Below, in pieces: positions 48,999 through 60,455 of a DNA stretch of 64,000 nt. The notes below the pieces were generated by a model. The model searched no databases and was not told the origin of the DNA. It saw nothing but the letters and a program-made list of their open reading frames with translations. Source of the stretch: Cetorhinus maximus (lineage: Eukaryota); the NCBI RefSeq assembly GCF_964194155.1, contig NC_135881.1, forward strand, positions 168,702,001 to 168,766,000, read 5' to 3'. Position 1 is the stretch's first letter; every line of letters starts with the position of its first letter. The position numbers and the translations under genes were made by a program.

Positions 48999-51105
48999 TG
49001 TAGTAATTATTACTTTGGGAAATGTTGGACTGTAGCTTTAAGAATAATCTTGTGCTGTAAGATCACATGATCTGTGTAAACCAATGTGGTAGCAATGCAG
49101 GAAACCTCTACAGAGGAGAGTACTTCTTTAGTTATGGAATTTGATGGACACGTGCAATTGCTACTGTTGTCTTGTAAACAAAACCAAATGTTTCCACTAA
49201 GAAAAGTTGTCTGAAGATCAACTCTATAACAAACCGGCGACGAGGATAAATCAGATTTGGTGCTGTACCTTGCCCAGCAATTTGTGAGTATCTATGTTCG
49301 TTAAAAATAACAGAAGATATACTCATCTGAAATGCCACAGTTTGGCAGAATCAATCCCTTTGAACCAGGCACAGATGATTGGTCTCAGTATATAGAACGT
49401 CTTGCGTTCTTCTTTCAAGCAAATGAAATCACAGGGGAAGAAAAGAAGAGAGTGATCCTCCTGAGTAATTGTGGGAGCAAGACCTACGGTTTAATTTGAA
49501 GCTTGATGTCCCCTACTGCCCCAGATTCAAAGACTTTCAGTGAATTAGTAGACCTCGTTAAGGACATTTTCCACCCAAGCCCTCAGCCACAATGCAGAGG
49601 TTCAGGTTCAATTCACAGACTAGAGCCCGGTGAGACAATTGCAATCTACGTTGTTAAAATTTAAAAAACTAATGGAATATTGTGATTTCAGTGAAACCCT
49701 GGATGACATGCTCAGGGATCGTTTGGTATGTGACGTGCAGGAAGACACTATTCAGCGAAGATTCCTGATTGAAGTGAATCTTGATTTTAAGAAAGCATTA
49801 GAAATAGCGCTGGCGATGGAAAGTGCTGTAAGGGATTCACAAGCAATTCAAGGGACGCAAAATGGTGCCATGCTCCAAATTGGGCGGGAACAGTCAGCCG
49901 AAAGTGACGTGAAAAGCCAAGACTCCGCCGCAAAGTGGGAAACAGCCCCCGCTAAACGAAAAATGAGAGGAAGCAGCAGCAACTACATGCGTCCATCAAA
50001 CTCCATAACTAAAGAAGTACTCTCCTCTCTAGAGGTTCCCTGCGCTGCCAACACATTGGTTTACACAGATCATGTGATCTTACAGCACAGGATTATTCTT
50101 AAAACTACAGTCCGACATTTCCCAAAACAATAATTACTACATTCCTCTCCCTTTAACTTTTCTGTACGTTTTGCATTTACAAGGATATTTATCTCATGAC
50201 ATTACAATATTTACAAAGGTCATAAAATTACAAGTTCAGTCTTTCAGGTGGTTTTCTGATCCATGTGCAACGTAAGCAGCTACAAAGGTTGCTGGTGGCA
50301 GCTCCATTACACCCAATTTTATGGGGAAGGTGGAGAAAAGTCAAGGAAACCAAAAAGCGACTCATGATTTGCATTGTTGTGAGTGACAACTTAGTGTTGG
50401 AGAAGCAGTATATGTAAAGAATTTTGGTGGAGGACCGAACTGGTTACCTGGCAAAGTAAGTTCAGTGACCGGTCCATTGTCGTACAACGTAGAAGTGGAA
50501 GGCCGGATCACCCATTAGTATGTGGATCATATAAGAGAAAGAGAGATAATCCAACAAGATATTGTTCCACCTGTAACCATTACTGAACCAGTGGTTCCTG
50601 TTGAAGATGCTCAACCAAGGACAGACATGCCCGATGTCTCTGTCGCAGTGGAAGACACTGAACTGCATGTGCCTAATGAGGTACCTGATGTTAATGCAGT
50701 TTCAGAAAATGTGTTTCCTTCAAAAGAATCGGAAGTCATGGAGCTGAGACGTTCCACATGGATCAGGAAACCACCTGAAAGACTGAACTTGTAATTTCAT
50801 GACATTTGTAAATATTGTAAAGTCATGAGATCAACGTAAATACAAAATGTACAGAAAGGTTAAAGGGGAAGGAATGTAGTAGTTATTGTTTTGGGAAATG
50901 TTGGACTGTAGTTTTAAGAATAATCCTTGTGCTGTAAGATCACATGATCTGCGTGATCTGCTAACGCAGCACAGGGAATCTCTACAGAGGAGAGTACTTC
51001 TTTAGTTATGGAATTTGATGGACATGTGTAGTTGCTGCTGCTGTCCTGTAAATTAAACCAGATGTTTCCACTTAGAAAAGTTGTCTGAAGATCAACTCTA
51101 TAACA
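48999..51105 (+). mobile_element. Internally deleted Gypsy-type LTR retrotransposon with both LTRs and an internal inverted LTR+PPT copy
   Basis: LTRs 48999-49231 and 50875-51105 (TG...CA); TSD ATGGG; PBS-like cggcgacgag at about 49235; PPT aaaggggaaggaa at 50862-50874; gag motif LDDMLRDRLVC. Confidence 0.9.
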
Positions 51106-51399
51106 ATGGGGAAAAACAAGGGAGCCGAATTTATTGGGTAGTTTTGTCAAAGAGCTATCGCAGGTGTGATGTATCAAATGGCCTCCTTCTGTGCTGTATC
51201 ATTTCATGATTCTATGAGTTGCATCTAAAGATATTAGTCTCTTCAGAAAGGAAGTGAACGGCCAGAGCACTAAAATAAACAAATTTGTGTTTCTTCATTT
51301 GAATAATAGTATATTGAGGAAAAAAAAAGAGGTACCAATTTTTCTAAATGTTTCAAAAAGGTGACCTAAGTTCAAAGTCCTCCTAGAATTAAAAAAATG

Positions 51400-52073
51400 G
51401 GCCTGAATTTTTCCAATGTTGGGCTGGCTCGGCCGGAGCGGGTGGAGGCAGTCGAGGAGCTGATTGCTGCCCGTGAATGGCTCCGCGCCACCATTTTACT
51501 CAGGTGGGCCAATTAAGGTCCGCCCAGCATAAGACGTAAGCGGTAGCGCTCAGCGCTACCTGAGCGGGCACGGGGAGGAGGGAGAGTCGGGGCCAGCGCG
51601 AAAGAGCACTTCAATCTCCCTGAGGCACAGAGCTGCCTTAGGGAGATTGAAGCGCTTTTGAAATAAATAAATAAATGGAATAAAAACTTAATGAAACATG
51701 TCCCCTCATGTGACTGTATCACATGAGATGGGACATGTTTTTATATTTCAGAAATTTAAAAAATTTAATTCATAAAAGCTTTAGGAAACTTCATCCCGCT
51801 CATGGATGAGGTTTCCTAAAGAACATAAAGGCTGCTTGGCCTTTTCGCCTGCCCGCCAACCGTAAGGCATAATGTTATTAATTACTTTCTTAATGGCCTT
51901 AATAGGCCTTTTAAATATCGGTGGGCGTGCAGCCGACTCCGGCACGCGTCCGCTGAACGAAACATCGCGAGACAGCGTGATGATGTCGGGATGCACGCCC
52001 AACTTCATCGCGCGTCATTTTACATGCTGGCGTGTCACGCCCATCCCCCAACGCCAACTGAAAAATCCTGGCC
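51400..52073. mobile_element. CpG-rich PIF/Harbinger-type MITE
   Basis: TIRs ggcctgaattttt / aaaaatcctggcc; 3-bp TSD ATG; related copy at 56026-56554. Confidence 0.8.
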
Positions 52074-52309
52074 ATGGCCTTAGAGAAAAGGCTGCATCAA
52101 GCTTATTTAATAGTAAAGTGGAAACTGAACAAATTTTAGGTTGAACAGAATTCACATTTTGCAAATCTTTCAACCTTTTTCAATTTTATTTTTTCACTGA
52201 GGTCAAGCATTGTGCTGATTTTTCATGTTTTTCACTAAAACCTTTTGCTTCTTAATTGGCTGTCCCATTATTACAGCTAAGCCAAATGCCTATCTATATC
52301 ATCTTGGTA

Positions 52310-52700
52310 ATGGCCTCACCTCTGAGAAGGTTATGGGTTCCATCCACACAGTGCACTTCTAAGCAGTTCTGATGGTGTGCTGCATTGCCAGAAGTGCTAT
52401 TTTTCATGCTGTCATGTTAAGCTATTAAATCTGCCTGTTCAGGCAGATGCAGACAGTTCCTTGACACAATTTGAAGAACAGCGAAATCTACAGGTGCTCT
52501 GGCCAGCAGTTTTCCCTCAACACCAAAGATCAGATTAATTGGTCATTAGGTTGTTTATGGGATCCTGTTGTATGCAATTAGCTCATTTCATTTGTTCACA
52601 TAAAAAAAGTGACTGTGTTTCAACCACAATTCATTTGCTATATGGCACTTGGGATAGTCTGAGGATTGTGATAAGGAGCTATATAAATGTGAGCTTTCTT
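52310..52700 (+). mobile_element. Deu-domain tRNA-SINE
   Basis: Head ctcacctctgagaaggttatgggttc, core cagattaattggtcatt, tail gctatataaatgtgagctttc. Confidence 0.6.
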
Positions 52701-53364
52701 TATTTGCATATTAATTATTATACGTTTTTTTTCTCTTTCATGGGATATAGGTGTCACTAGCAAAGCTAGCATTTGTTGTCCATCCTTAATTCTCTTTGAG
52801 AAGCTGGTGGTGAGCTGCCTTCTTGAACCATTGCAGTCCATGTGGTGTAGGTACACCCATGGTGCTGTTAGATTTTGACCAGTAAACTCCTCTGGCCCAG
52901 TGACCTATGAATATTTAAATCATTTTGAAGTTGGTTTGTCTTTTCTTATTTTGGTGTTATCTGCTATTTACTTAGTAAATTAAATATTGTTTAACATTTA
53001 ACTTTTTTTAGAAGTTGTCTATTTGTGTCCTTACACATTTAAACATGATTAATTTTAGGGACTTCCTCGAAAGCCCCATAAACAGACACAATTTGAGGAA
53101 ATTTGCCATAGTGAACAATTCGATCTGGGGCCAAGAACTGTTTTGTGGCTGGGACCTGTTTCCAGCAAAGGATCTATTCTTGCTGCTCCCTATCCTCATC
53201 TACATGCTGCCCTTTTACTGACAACTTCTGATGACATACGACCGGCTCCCATGTGTATGATGATGACATCCAGCTCCAAAACTCTATCACCTCTCTTGAC
53301 CCCTTCACTGCTTCTGCTTTGTCAGTCTGCTTATCAACATCCAGTCCTGGATAATCACAGTTAT

Positions 53365-53770
53365 AAAGAAAGAATTTGTCTTTATATTGCAGTCTTTACA
53401 GCTTCAGAGCACCCCAAAATACTTTAGTCAATTAGGCAGTTTTTAAGAGTGTGGTTACTAGTGTGATGTAGGAAACATGGCTGTCAGTTTACATACAGCA
53501 AGATCCAAAAACAGCAGTGAGATAATGACCAGATCATTTACTTTAGTATGTTTGTGGAGAGGTGAATATTGGCCAGGACACCAGTGAGAACTCTGATTTT
53601 CTTAGCAATAATGCTATAGGATCTTTTTACATTCACCTAAGAAGGCAGATGGGGTCTCGGTATAAAATCTCATTCAAAAGATGACATTTCTAACAATGCA
53701 GCATTGCCTTGAACCCACAACCATTTAATTGGGAGTTGGGAGTGCTGCTACTGAGGTACAGCTGGTACAA
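53365..53770 (-). mobile_element. Deu-domain tRNA-SINE, reverse orientation
   Basis: Reverse complement of the same family (acagcagtgagataatgaccagatcatt; ttgaacccacaacc). Confidence 0.6.
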
Positions 53771-54071
53771 GAACATTGAGAAGCCAAAGCCAGTACCTTC
53801 AAATTCCTCCACAAACTATGAAACTTTGCCACCAATTCCATTCTGTTCCCTGGTCACCATCTCTGGATGACCCATTCTGTTTGTAATCTCAGCAATATTG
53901 TACTCAGCATCTAATCTGATATCCACTCCATCACAGAGACAGCTTATTTCCACCACCATAACATTCCCCCATCTCAGCCCATCTAGTGCTGAAATCCTGA
54001 TGTATGCCTTTGTGACCTCCAGACTCTACTACGTTATATTAGTGCAAGTTTTTGCTGTTCTTGAATTCAAT

Positions 54072-54755
54072 GGATTGAATTCTCAGGCGGGTATCAGGAC
54101 CCTGATGTTAGGCCCATGTAGAGGTCCCAGGCCCGCCCATGTGATCAGTGCATCTGCAGATGCAAACTTCCAGGGAGTAGCTCCTAATTGGCTACCTCCA
54201 CATTTGCCATTTTATTAAGGACCCAAAGCACAGGACAGCCAGCAGACCAACTGGGAGAGCTGGGCGCTGCTGAAGCAGGATATGCAATTGCAAGAGCGTG
54301 TCAACATTGAGGCATCCTTGGTTGCCTCTGGAGATGCCAGCAAATAAAGAGGCCCAAAGCAGCGAGGGCCATTGGGATGTAAGGAATAGCCCTCTATAGG
54401 ATTGATTTTGGATGTGGTTTTATCCCCACGACCCTGTCAATGGGACATGGACCTTGTGACTCTGCTGTCATGTGGACCCCATTCATTGGGACCCACTTTG
54501 ATGGTGGGAAGCTACTGGAGCCGTTGCAAAATGGACCCAAGGGAGGGCCTCAATTGTCCTAATTGACTCCATGCCTCCGTGGAGTGGGCAGTCAGAACTG
54601 TTCCCAGCCTGCCCCTGGGAACAACCCTCAAAAGTGAGATGGCTTCAGGGAGCAATCCCAGCATGGCTCTCCCCTTTTTTCCTGGCCTTCTTCTCCCGCG
54701 CCCCCCCAACTGTCAACACCACCCCCTTCTCCATGGGGCCAAGAAAATTCAGCTC
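54072..54755. mobile_element. PIF/Harbinger-type MITE
   Basis: Ends ggattgaatt / aattcagctc; 3-bp TSD AAT at 54069-54071 and 54756-54758. Confidence 0.6.
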
Positions 54756-55498
54756 AATATGTCTATATATTTGTTGTCTAGAAGCAGAAACAATTGCTAT
54801 ACTGGGTTGTTATAAAAAGTCAAAAGGCTCACAAATGTCCTGCCCAGTTTGGCTTGTATATGATGCCATGTAGTTACCTCTTAATGATCAGAAGTGACCT
54901 AGAAAGCCATTCAAATAATTACTACTCTCGGGAGAAGTATGGAGTATATACATCTGAATATGTATGTGTCAAGTCTGGTACCTGGTGGCACACCAAGCCA
55001 GGTTAGGATTGTAGGGGGCCTGACGATCTTCATAGTAGGGTCTCATTTAAATAAAGCTCGCTGCACTCTTGCCCAACATATGACCAGATTCATTACATGG
55101 ATGGGAACGGGAATTTGACCACAGTTGGGAACCCCTGGGAACTATCCCCAGCAATCAGTGGGCTGGGGAGTCCCTTAACCTCAGGAGGGCTGGCTTTCCT
55201 TCTTCACAAAGCACAATTGACAGCTTTCTGCGGCTGACATTTCCTGAAGATTGGTGGACATCAGGGGTCTGGAAGACCAAGGATTCCCTAAGGGATGTCG
55301 GACCATCACCAGGCTGTGACTTTCAAATCTTAAGGAGGTCCTCATCTGCTGTTAGCAGGAACCCCATCCAGGACATGTAAATATTATGGCAATAGGGAAC
55401 TTGGCAGTTTGTATGTGGGATGTTTATTTTTAGAATTTTAAATCCTCGTCAAAACCTGAGGTGCAGGGGTCAGGCTTGGAATGCTCCACAAATCCTAC

Positions 55499-55670
55499 CT
55501 CCTCTTCCTGTTGTGATACAGGATTTTCATATCGAATCCTTTGGCTCTTTGAGCAACTTTGTATCCAATCCGTCCCATTCCAATAATTCCAAGAGTGGCC
55601 TCAGTCACTTCTACTCCATACCAGTTCAAAGGATAACTTTTAGTATCTGGAGAAGTTGCAATCTTCTGAC
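55499..55670 (-). CDS. 2-hydroxyacid dehydrogenase, coding exon 2 (QKIATSP...[32 protein letters not shown])
   Basis: 172 nt, cag/gtagg boundaries; Rossmann GxGxxG motif. Confidence 0.93.
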
Positions 55671-55995
55671 CTGAAATTAAAAAGCACACAGTTAGGAATA
55701 GCTATTGAGTTGAATGGCCAACAATTTATTTCTTCTTTTGAAAAGCTGGAAAAAGATGTAAACTGGTCAATGCTGTACAAAAATCATCCCAGTCTGGCAA
55801 TGAAAAACAAAGTGTTGAATCTTCGGGGCCCTTCCCAAAGGCCAGGATGGAGGCTCCAAAATTACTGACACTGGCGTGTGTCCATTTCAAGGCACCTCTC
55901 CCAGCACAGGCAATAATCACCACTGTGGGGGGAAGATGGGGCAGGAATCCTGCTTCCCTCCCAATAAAGGTGAATTAAACTTATTAAGAAGCTTG

Positions 55996-56763
55996 AAAGC
56001 AAAATACTGCGGTTGCTGGAAATCTTTTTCTGCCTGTCGGGTGGGCGAAGCGGGAGCGGGTGCGGACCTGATCAGTGCCCCCAATCGGGTCCGCACCGCC
56101 ATTTTATGTGGGCGGGCCAATTAAGGTGCCTCAGGGAGATTAGTTTTAAGTCCAAAAAGTTTAATAAAGTGGCAAGAAAAGTTTTATGACATGTCCCCTC
56201 ATATGAAACTGTCACATGAGCTGGGACATGTGCATTAATTTCAATAAAAATTTTTGTCAAAATTTGAAATCATTCATGAAATCATTCCATGAAAATTGCG
56301 AAGGCTGCCTGGGCTCTTCGCCTGGCCGCCAACCTTAAGGTTGGACGGGCAGGTCCGTTAATTATTTTAATTGAGAGTTAAATGGCCTTAATAGGCCTTT
56401 GACAGTTTGGCAGCCGACTTGGGCGCGCGCCCGCCGAACTGAAAGTCTGAATGACACGCCGTGATGTCGGGACGCACGCCCGATGACACCACGCATCATT
56501 TTACCCCTTGGCGAGCAGGCCCCGCCCCCGCTCACTGAGCCGAAGATTCAGCCCCTGAAATAAAAACAGAAAATGCTGGAAAATCTCAGTAGATCTGACA
56601 GCAGCTCTGGACAGAGAAACAGAGTTAATGTTTCGAGTCCGTATGACTCTTCTTCGGAGCCCTGAAGAAGTCATATGGACTCGAAACGTTAATTCTGCTT
56701 TCCATCTTCACAGATGCTGTCAGACCTGCTGAGCTTAACAACATTTTCTGTTTTTATCTATTA
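55996..56763. mobile_element. Penelope-terminus fold-back insertion, itself interrupted by a MITE (56026-56554)
   Basis: Palindrome centred near 56659/56660; TSD ttattaa(g/a)aagcttg at 55981-55995 and 56764-56778; CTGAAGA-AGTC..GACTC-GAAACGTT motif at about 56662-56690. Confidence 0.8.
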
Positions 56764-57349
56764 TTATTAAAAAGCTTGTTTCGAGCTTGTTGAAGGGAGA
56801 GAATGGAATATTTAAAAGGGTGCACGGTTTTCATGGGCTGACAGTTTTTGAACAATTGAGGGGTGGTGAGCACACAGTGGGGAGTCAGTCAAGATTGCTG
56901 CAGGGCATCAATCCAGCTCCATAAGAGGGTCTACCGGGCAAAGGGGGACTCGGTGCTTGATAAGAGGGTGCACTTGGCATTTCACAGGTGGCAGGGAGAG
57001 CCAGTACCCAGGCTTTGAATGGGGTCAGCAGCCCCCTAGCATCACAGGGGTGGAAGAACAAGGCGTAAGGCTGCCAAGGACAGCCACGTAGCCAGAAAGG
57101 AGGCTGCAGCAGGCAATGGGGGCACAACTGCCACATCTGGGCACAGTGACAATGAGGGTCAACACCCTCCACGTAAAGGGCAGAGCTCCAGGTATCAGGA
57201 GGCCACAGGAAAGGAAAGAAGGACAAGAAGGCAAGGAGGCCAAACCTTGAACACAGGATCTACCACCAAAACTGGAACCACTTGGAGATGATCGACACCA
57301 GTGCTGCAGGAGTCTGCAACACTCCAGGCAGATGATCACATACATATGC

Positions 57350-57665
57350 AGACCTTAATGGCATCTCAAACACAGCTGCATTGCAAACCATTGCATCTCT
57401 CTGGTCACTGATGCCATCTTTACCAGAACTGGACAGCACATTAATTTAATGACAGGCATGCACAGAGGGCATTGGGTTTCGGCTCCATCGCTGGATTCCC
57501 CCATGTGCAGGGCATCATCTATTGCATCTATGGCCATCAAGGCACCCAGTGCCAGGCCAGTGAGATCCATCACCAGGAAGGGCTTCCACTCTTTCAATGT
57601 CCAACTGGTCTGAGACCACAACAAGAGCTTCCTTCATGTCTGTGCTTGCTTTCCTGGCCGCTGAT
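57350..57665 (+). pseudogene. Harbinger (HARBI1-like) DDE transposase relic
   Basis: FGSIAGFPHVQGIIYCI / AIKAP / RKGFHSFNVQLV..HVCACFPG across frameshifts. Confidence 0.8.
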
Positions 57666-58121
57666 AGGCTGCTTCAGATCTTTACTCCAACCCCCAAAGA
57701 TCTTCACTTTAATACCTGAGCTATTTGTGGGTTATTCTCATCATCGGTCCCGCGAATTGAGGATGACAGAAATATCAGTGTAGTGCATGATTTTTGCCCT
57801 GGTTTCATACAGTGCCAACCTACTGTTGAATTACACAGAGGGTGGTTAGAACGTGGAGTTTCCCATATACCATTGTGAAGCAGATTCTATAAATTGTTTT
57901 CAAAAGGAAGCAGGTAGCTATTTTCTAAAGATTTTTAGAAGAGCTGGAGAGTGGAGTTAGTCTAAGTAAGTAGCCGATTTCCGAGCTGTAACTTTCTATG
58001 GTTACAACTTGTATGTTTTACATGCCCTATCCCTTGGTATTAAACCACAAAGTTATAGATTCCCAAAACCAGCCCTTGTCCATTTTGCACAAATAGTTTT
58101 CATTTTCCATCCCCATCTTAC

Positions 58122-58497
58122 CTTCCAGTATATTCCTAGCAGATGTCAACATTAAAGCCATGCCCATTTCAGCTGTAGCATTGTCCACCACATGAGGAGT
58201 GTTGGCCACCTTCACCCCAAAACTGTAGATTAACGGTAGATTGAGATGGTCCACACCAGCTCCAAAGCTTACAATGGCCTTCAGCCAAGGTAGAGATTTT
58301 AAAAGCTTTTCGTCTATTGTGGGAAAATGCTTCCATATCCAAATAACCTGGAGTTTATTCGCAAACTCATCTTTGTTTTTCAGGAATTCTTCAAAATAGA
58401 TGGTGTTGAAATGTTTCTTGATGATTTCTGCATACCTTACTAGGATACCTTCTGTTTCATTAAGGTCAAAAGTTAAAATATGAGCCCGATCACTCAT
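58122..58497 (-). CDS. 2-hydroxyacid dehydrogenase, coding exon 1 (MSDRAHIL...GAGVDHLN...VANTPHVVDNATAEMGMALMLTSARNILE)
   Basis: 376 nt, gtaag donor; acceptor 3 nt before the ATG implies an unseen upstream exon; the 5 exons total 993 nt = 330 aa plus stop. Confidence 0.92.
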
Positions 58498-58624
58498 TGT
58501 CTATGGGGGAAAGAAAGACAGTGTTATTCTGTAAATTATTTGTAAGTTACATTACTAGATTCTTTTCTCTCCATTTCCCCATCAATCAGATGCATCATGC
58601 ATGCACCATGAGACACAGATACAA

Positions 58625-60300
58625 AAGAACATACGAATTAGGAGGAGTAGGTCACTCGATCCCTCGAGCCTGCTCCGCCATTCAATAAGATCATGGCTGA
58701 TCTGATTGTAACCTCAACTCCATGTTCCTGCCTACCTCCAATAACCTCTCACCCCCTTGCTTATCAAAAATCTATCTAACTCTGCCTTAAAAATATACAA
58801 AGACTCTGCTTCCACCACCTTTTAAAGAAGAGCGTTCCAAAGACTCATGATCCTCTGAGAGAAAAAAAATTCTCCAAAACTGTACACAATACTCAAGGTG
58901 CAGTCTCACCAAGGCTTTATACAATTGTAGCAAAACATCTTTACTCGTGTACTCAAATCCACTTGCAATGAAGGTCAACTTACCATATACCTTCCTAATT
59001 CCTTGCTGCACCTGCATGCTAGCATTTAGTGACTCATGAACAAAAACACCCAGATCCCTTTGAACATCAACACTTCCCAACCTCTCACCATTTAAGGAAT
59101 ACTCTGCCTTTCTGTCTTTTCAATGAAGTTGGTAACTTCACCCTTATTCACATTGGGCCGTAACTTTCAACTAGCGTGGGAAAGCGCTGGCCTGTAGAAA
59201 TTAGAAGAAATAAATGCACACTTACCCGGATTTGAAAATTATATTGCCACTTCTGTTCACTGGAGCTGCTTGGGGCTTGCATCGAAAGAATCCTCGCAGG
59301 CCCCAGCAAAGTCTAGATCCAGCGTATCCAAGGAGGCCATGCGCCCCTATTTTACAGCACTTACTGCCGCGAAGCAGGCAAGTTTACAGGACCAGGGAAA
59401 TTGACAGGCCAGGGAGAAGGTAAGTGTCTAAGGTAAGTGGATAGGATGTGGGGGCTGGGGGTGTCTGAGGTCAGGGGTGTGGGGGGTGTTCGAGGTCGGG
59501 AGGGGGTCCGAGGAGGGGTGTCCGAGGTTTGGGGGGGGTGGTCCGGGGGGCGGGGTTCCGAGGCCATATTGGGGGTCTGAGGTTGGGGTTGTCCGAGGTC
59601 TGGGGGCTGGAAGTTGGGGGGTGGGGAGGTGGAGGCATTCAGAGGTTGTGGGGTCTGAGGCCTGGGCTGAGGGTCTGAGGTGGGAGAGTTGGGGTCCGAG
59701 GTTGGGGTGGGTTCCAAGGTTGGGGGAACGGAGCTGGGGTTGTCAGGGGTGGGGGTTTGGGGGAGATGTGAGGAGTTATGTGTGGTGGGGGGTAGGGGGT
59801 GTCGGGGGAGTCCCGTGGGGCCGGTCTGGGACTTTACAATAGTTACCCAGAATTTAGAAGAGGTTTTAATTCTTCTAACTTTTTCTGGGTAACTATTGGT
59901 ATAACCCCGGTGGAACCATCAAAGTTAGAATTTAAATCACATTTTTGGACCAGTCCCAGCACAGTGCAATTGTCCAGGGGAAGTGTGCACTTCTGGGCAA
60001 TTGCTGTGCAAACCCTTACCTGGGAACCTGCCAGATGGATTCCCCAGTGCATCTTTGGGGTACCCCTACTAAATCTGAGGCTGGGGAGCGTGCAAGTTAC
60101 AGGCCATTATATTCCCTCAGCCATGTTCTCGCCCATTCACTTAGTCTGTCCAAGTCCTCTTGAAGCCTCCGTGCATCCTCCTCATGACTTACATTCCCAC
60201 CTAGTTTTGTGTCATCAGCAAATTTGGAAATATTACATTTGGTCCCCACATCCAAATCATTTATATGAATTGTGAACAGTGGTGGCCCTGGCACTGAGCG
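58625..60300 (-). mobile_element. CR1 LINE 3' fragments, interrupted by a MITE
   Basis: KFADDTKLGG (60097-60306) and LYKALVRLHLEYCVQFW (58787-59080). Confidence 0.85.
59155..60105. mobile_element. PIF/Harbinger-type MITE with G-rich core
   Basis: TIRs gggccgtaactt / aagttacaggcc; 3-bp TSD ATT at 59152-59154 and 60106-60108; CR1 host rejoins across it. Confidence 0.85.
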
Positions 60301-60364
60301 TTGCACTAAGCAAAGAATTTAAAGATCATGATTTGTGATTTGAATTGTAAGAGACAACACAGAA

Positions 60365-60455
60365 GAGCTTGTCTGTGATTTGAACCTGAGGACCTCTTTC
60401 ATACTTACACAATGAGTGCCCCAAAGCAAGAATCACACCATTAGGCCAACAAACC
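60365..60455 (-). pseudogene. tRNA-Pro(TGG)-derived pseudogene with an 18-nt insert at the canonical intron position
   Basis: Minus strand GGTTTGTTGGCCTAATGGTGTGATTCTTGCTT-TGG-G[18 nt]TGAAAGAGGTCCTCAGGTTCAAATCACAGACAAGCTC aligns to vertebrate tRNA-Pro, with many differences at CpG sites. Confidence 0.7.

Larger units (their letters stand above)
46630..51215 (+). mobile_element. CR1 3' fragments split by a Harbinger-type element and an LTR element
   Basis: VRPHLEY and GDLIEVFKI motifs; sequence continues across both insertions; ends with a ttctatga tail at about 51211. Confidence 0.7.

Noticed and set aside
57350-57665. Host HARBI1 gene
   Set aside because: Frameshifts, a stop and loss of a catalytic Asp; intronic transposon relic
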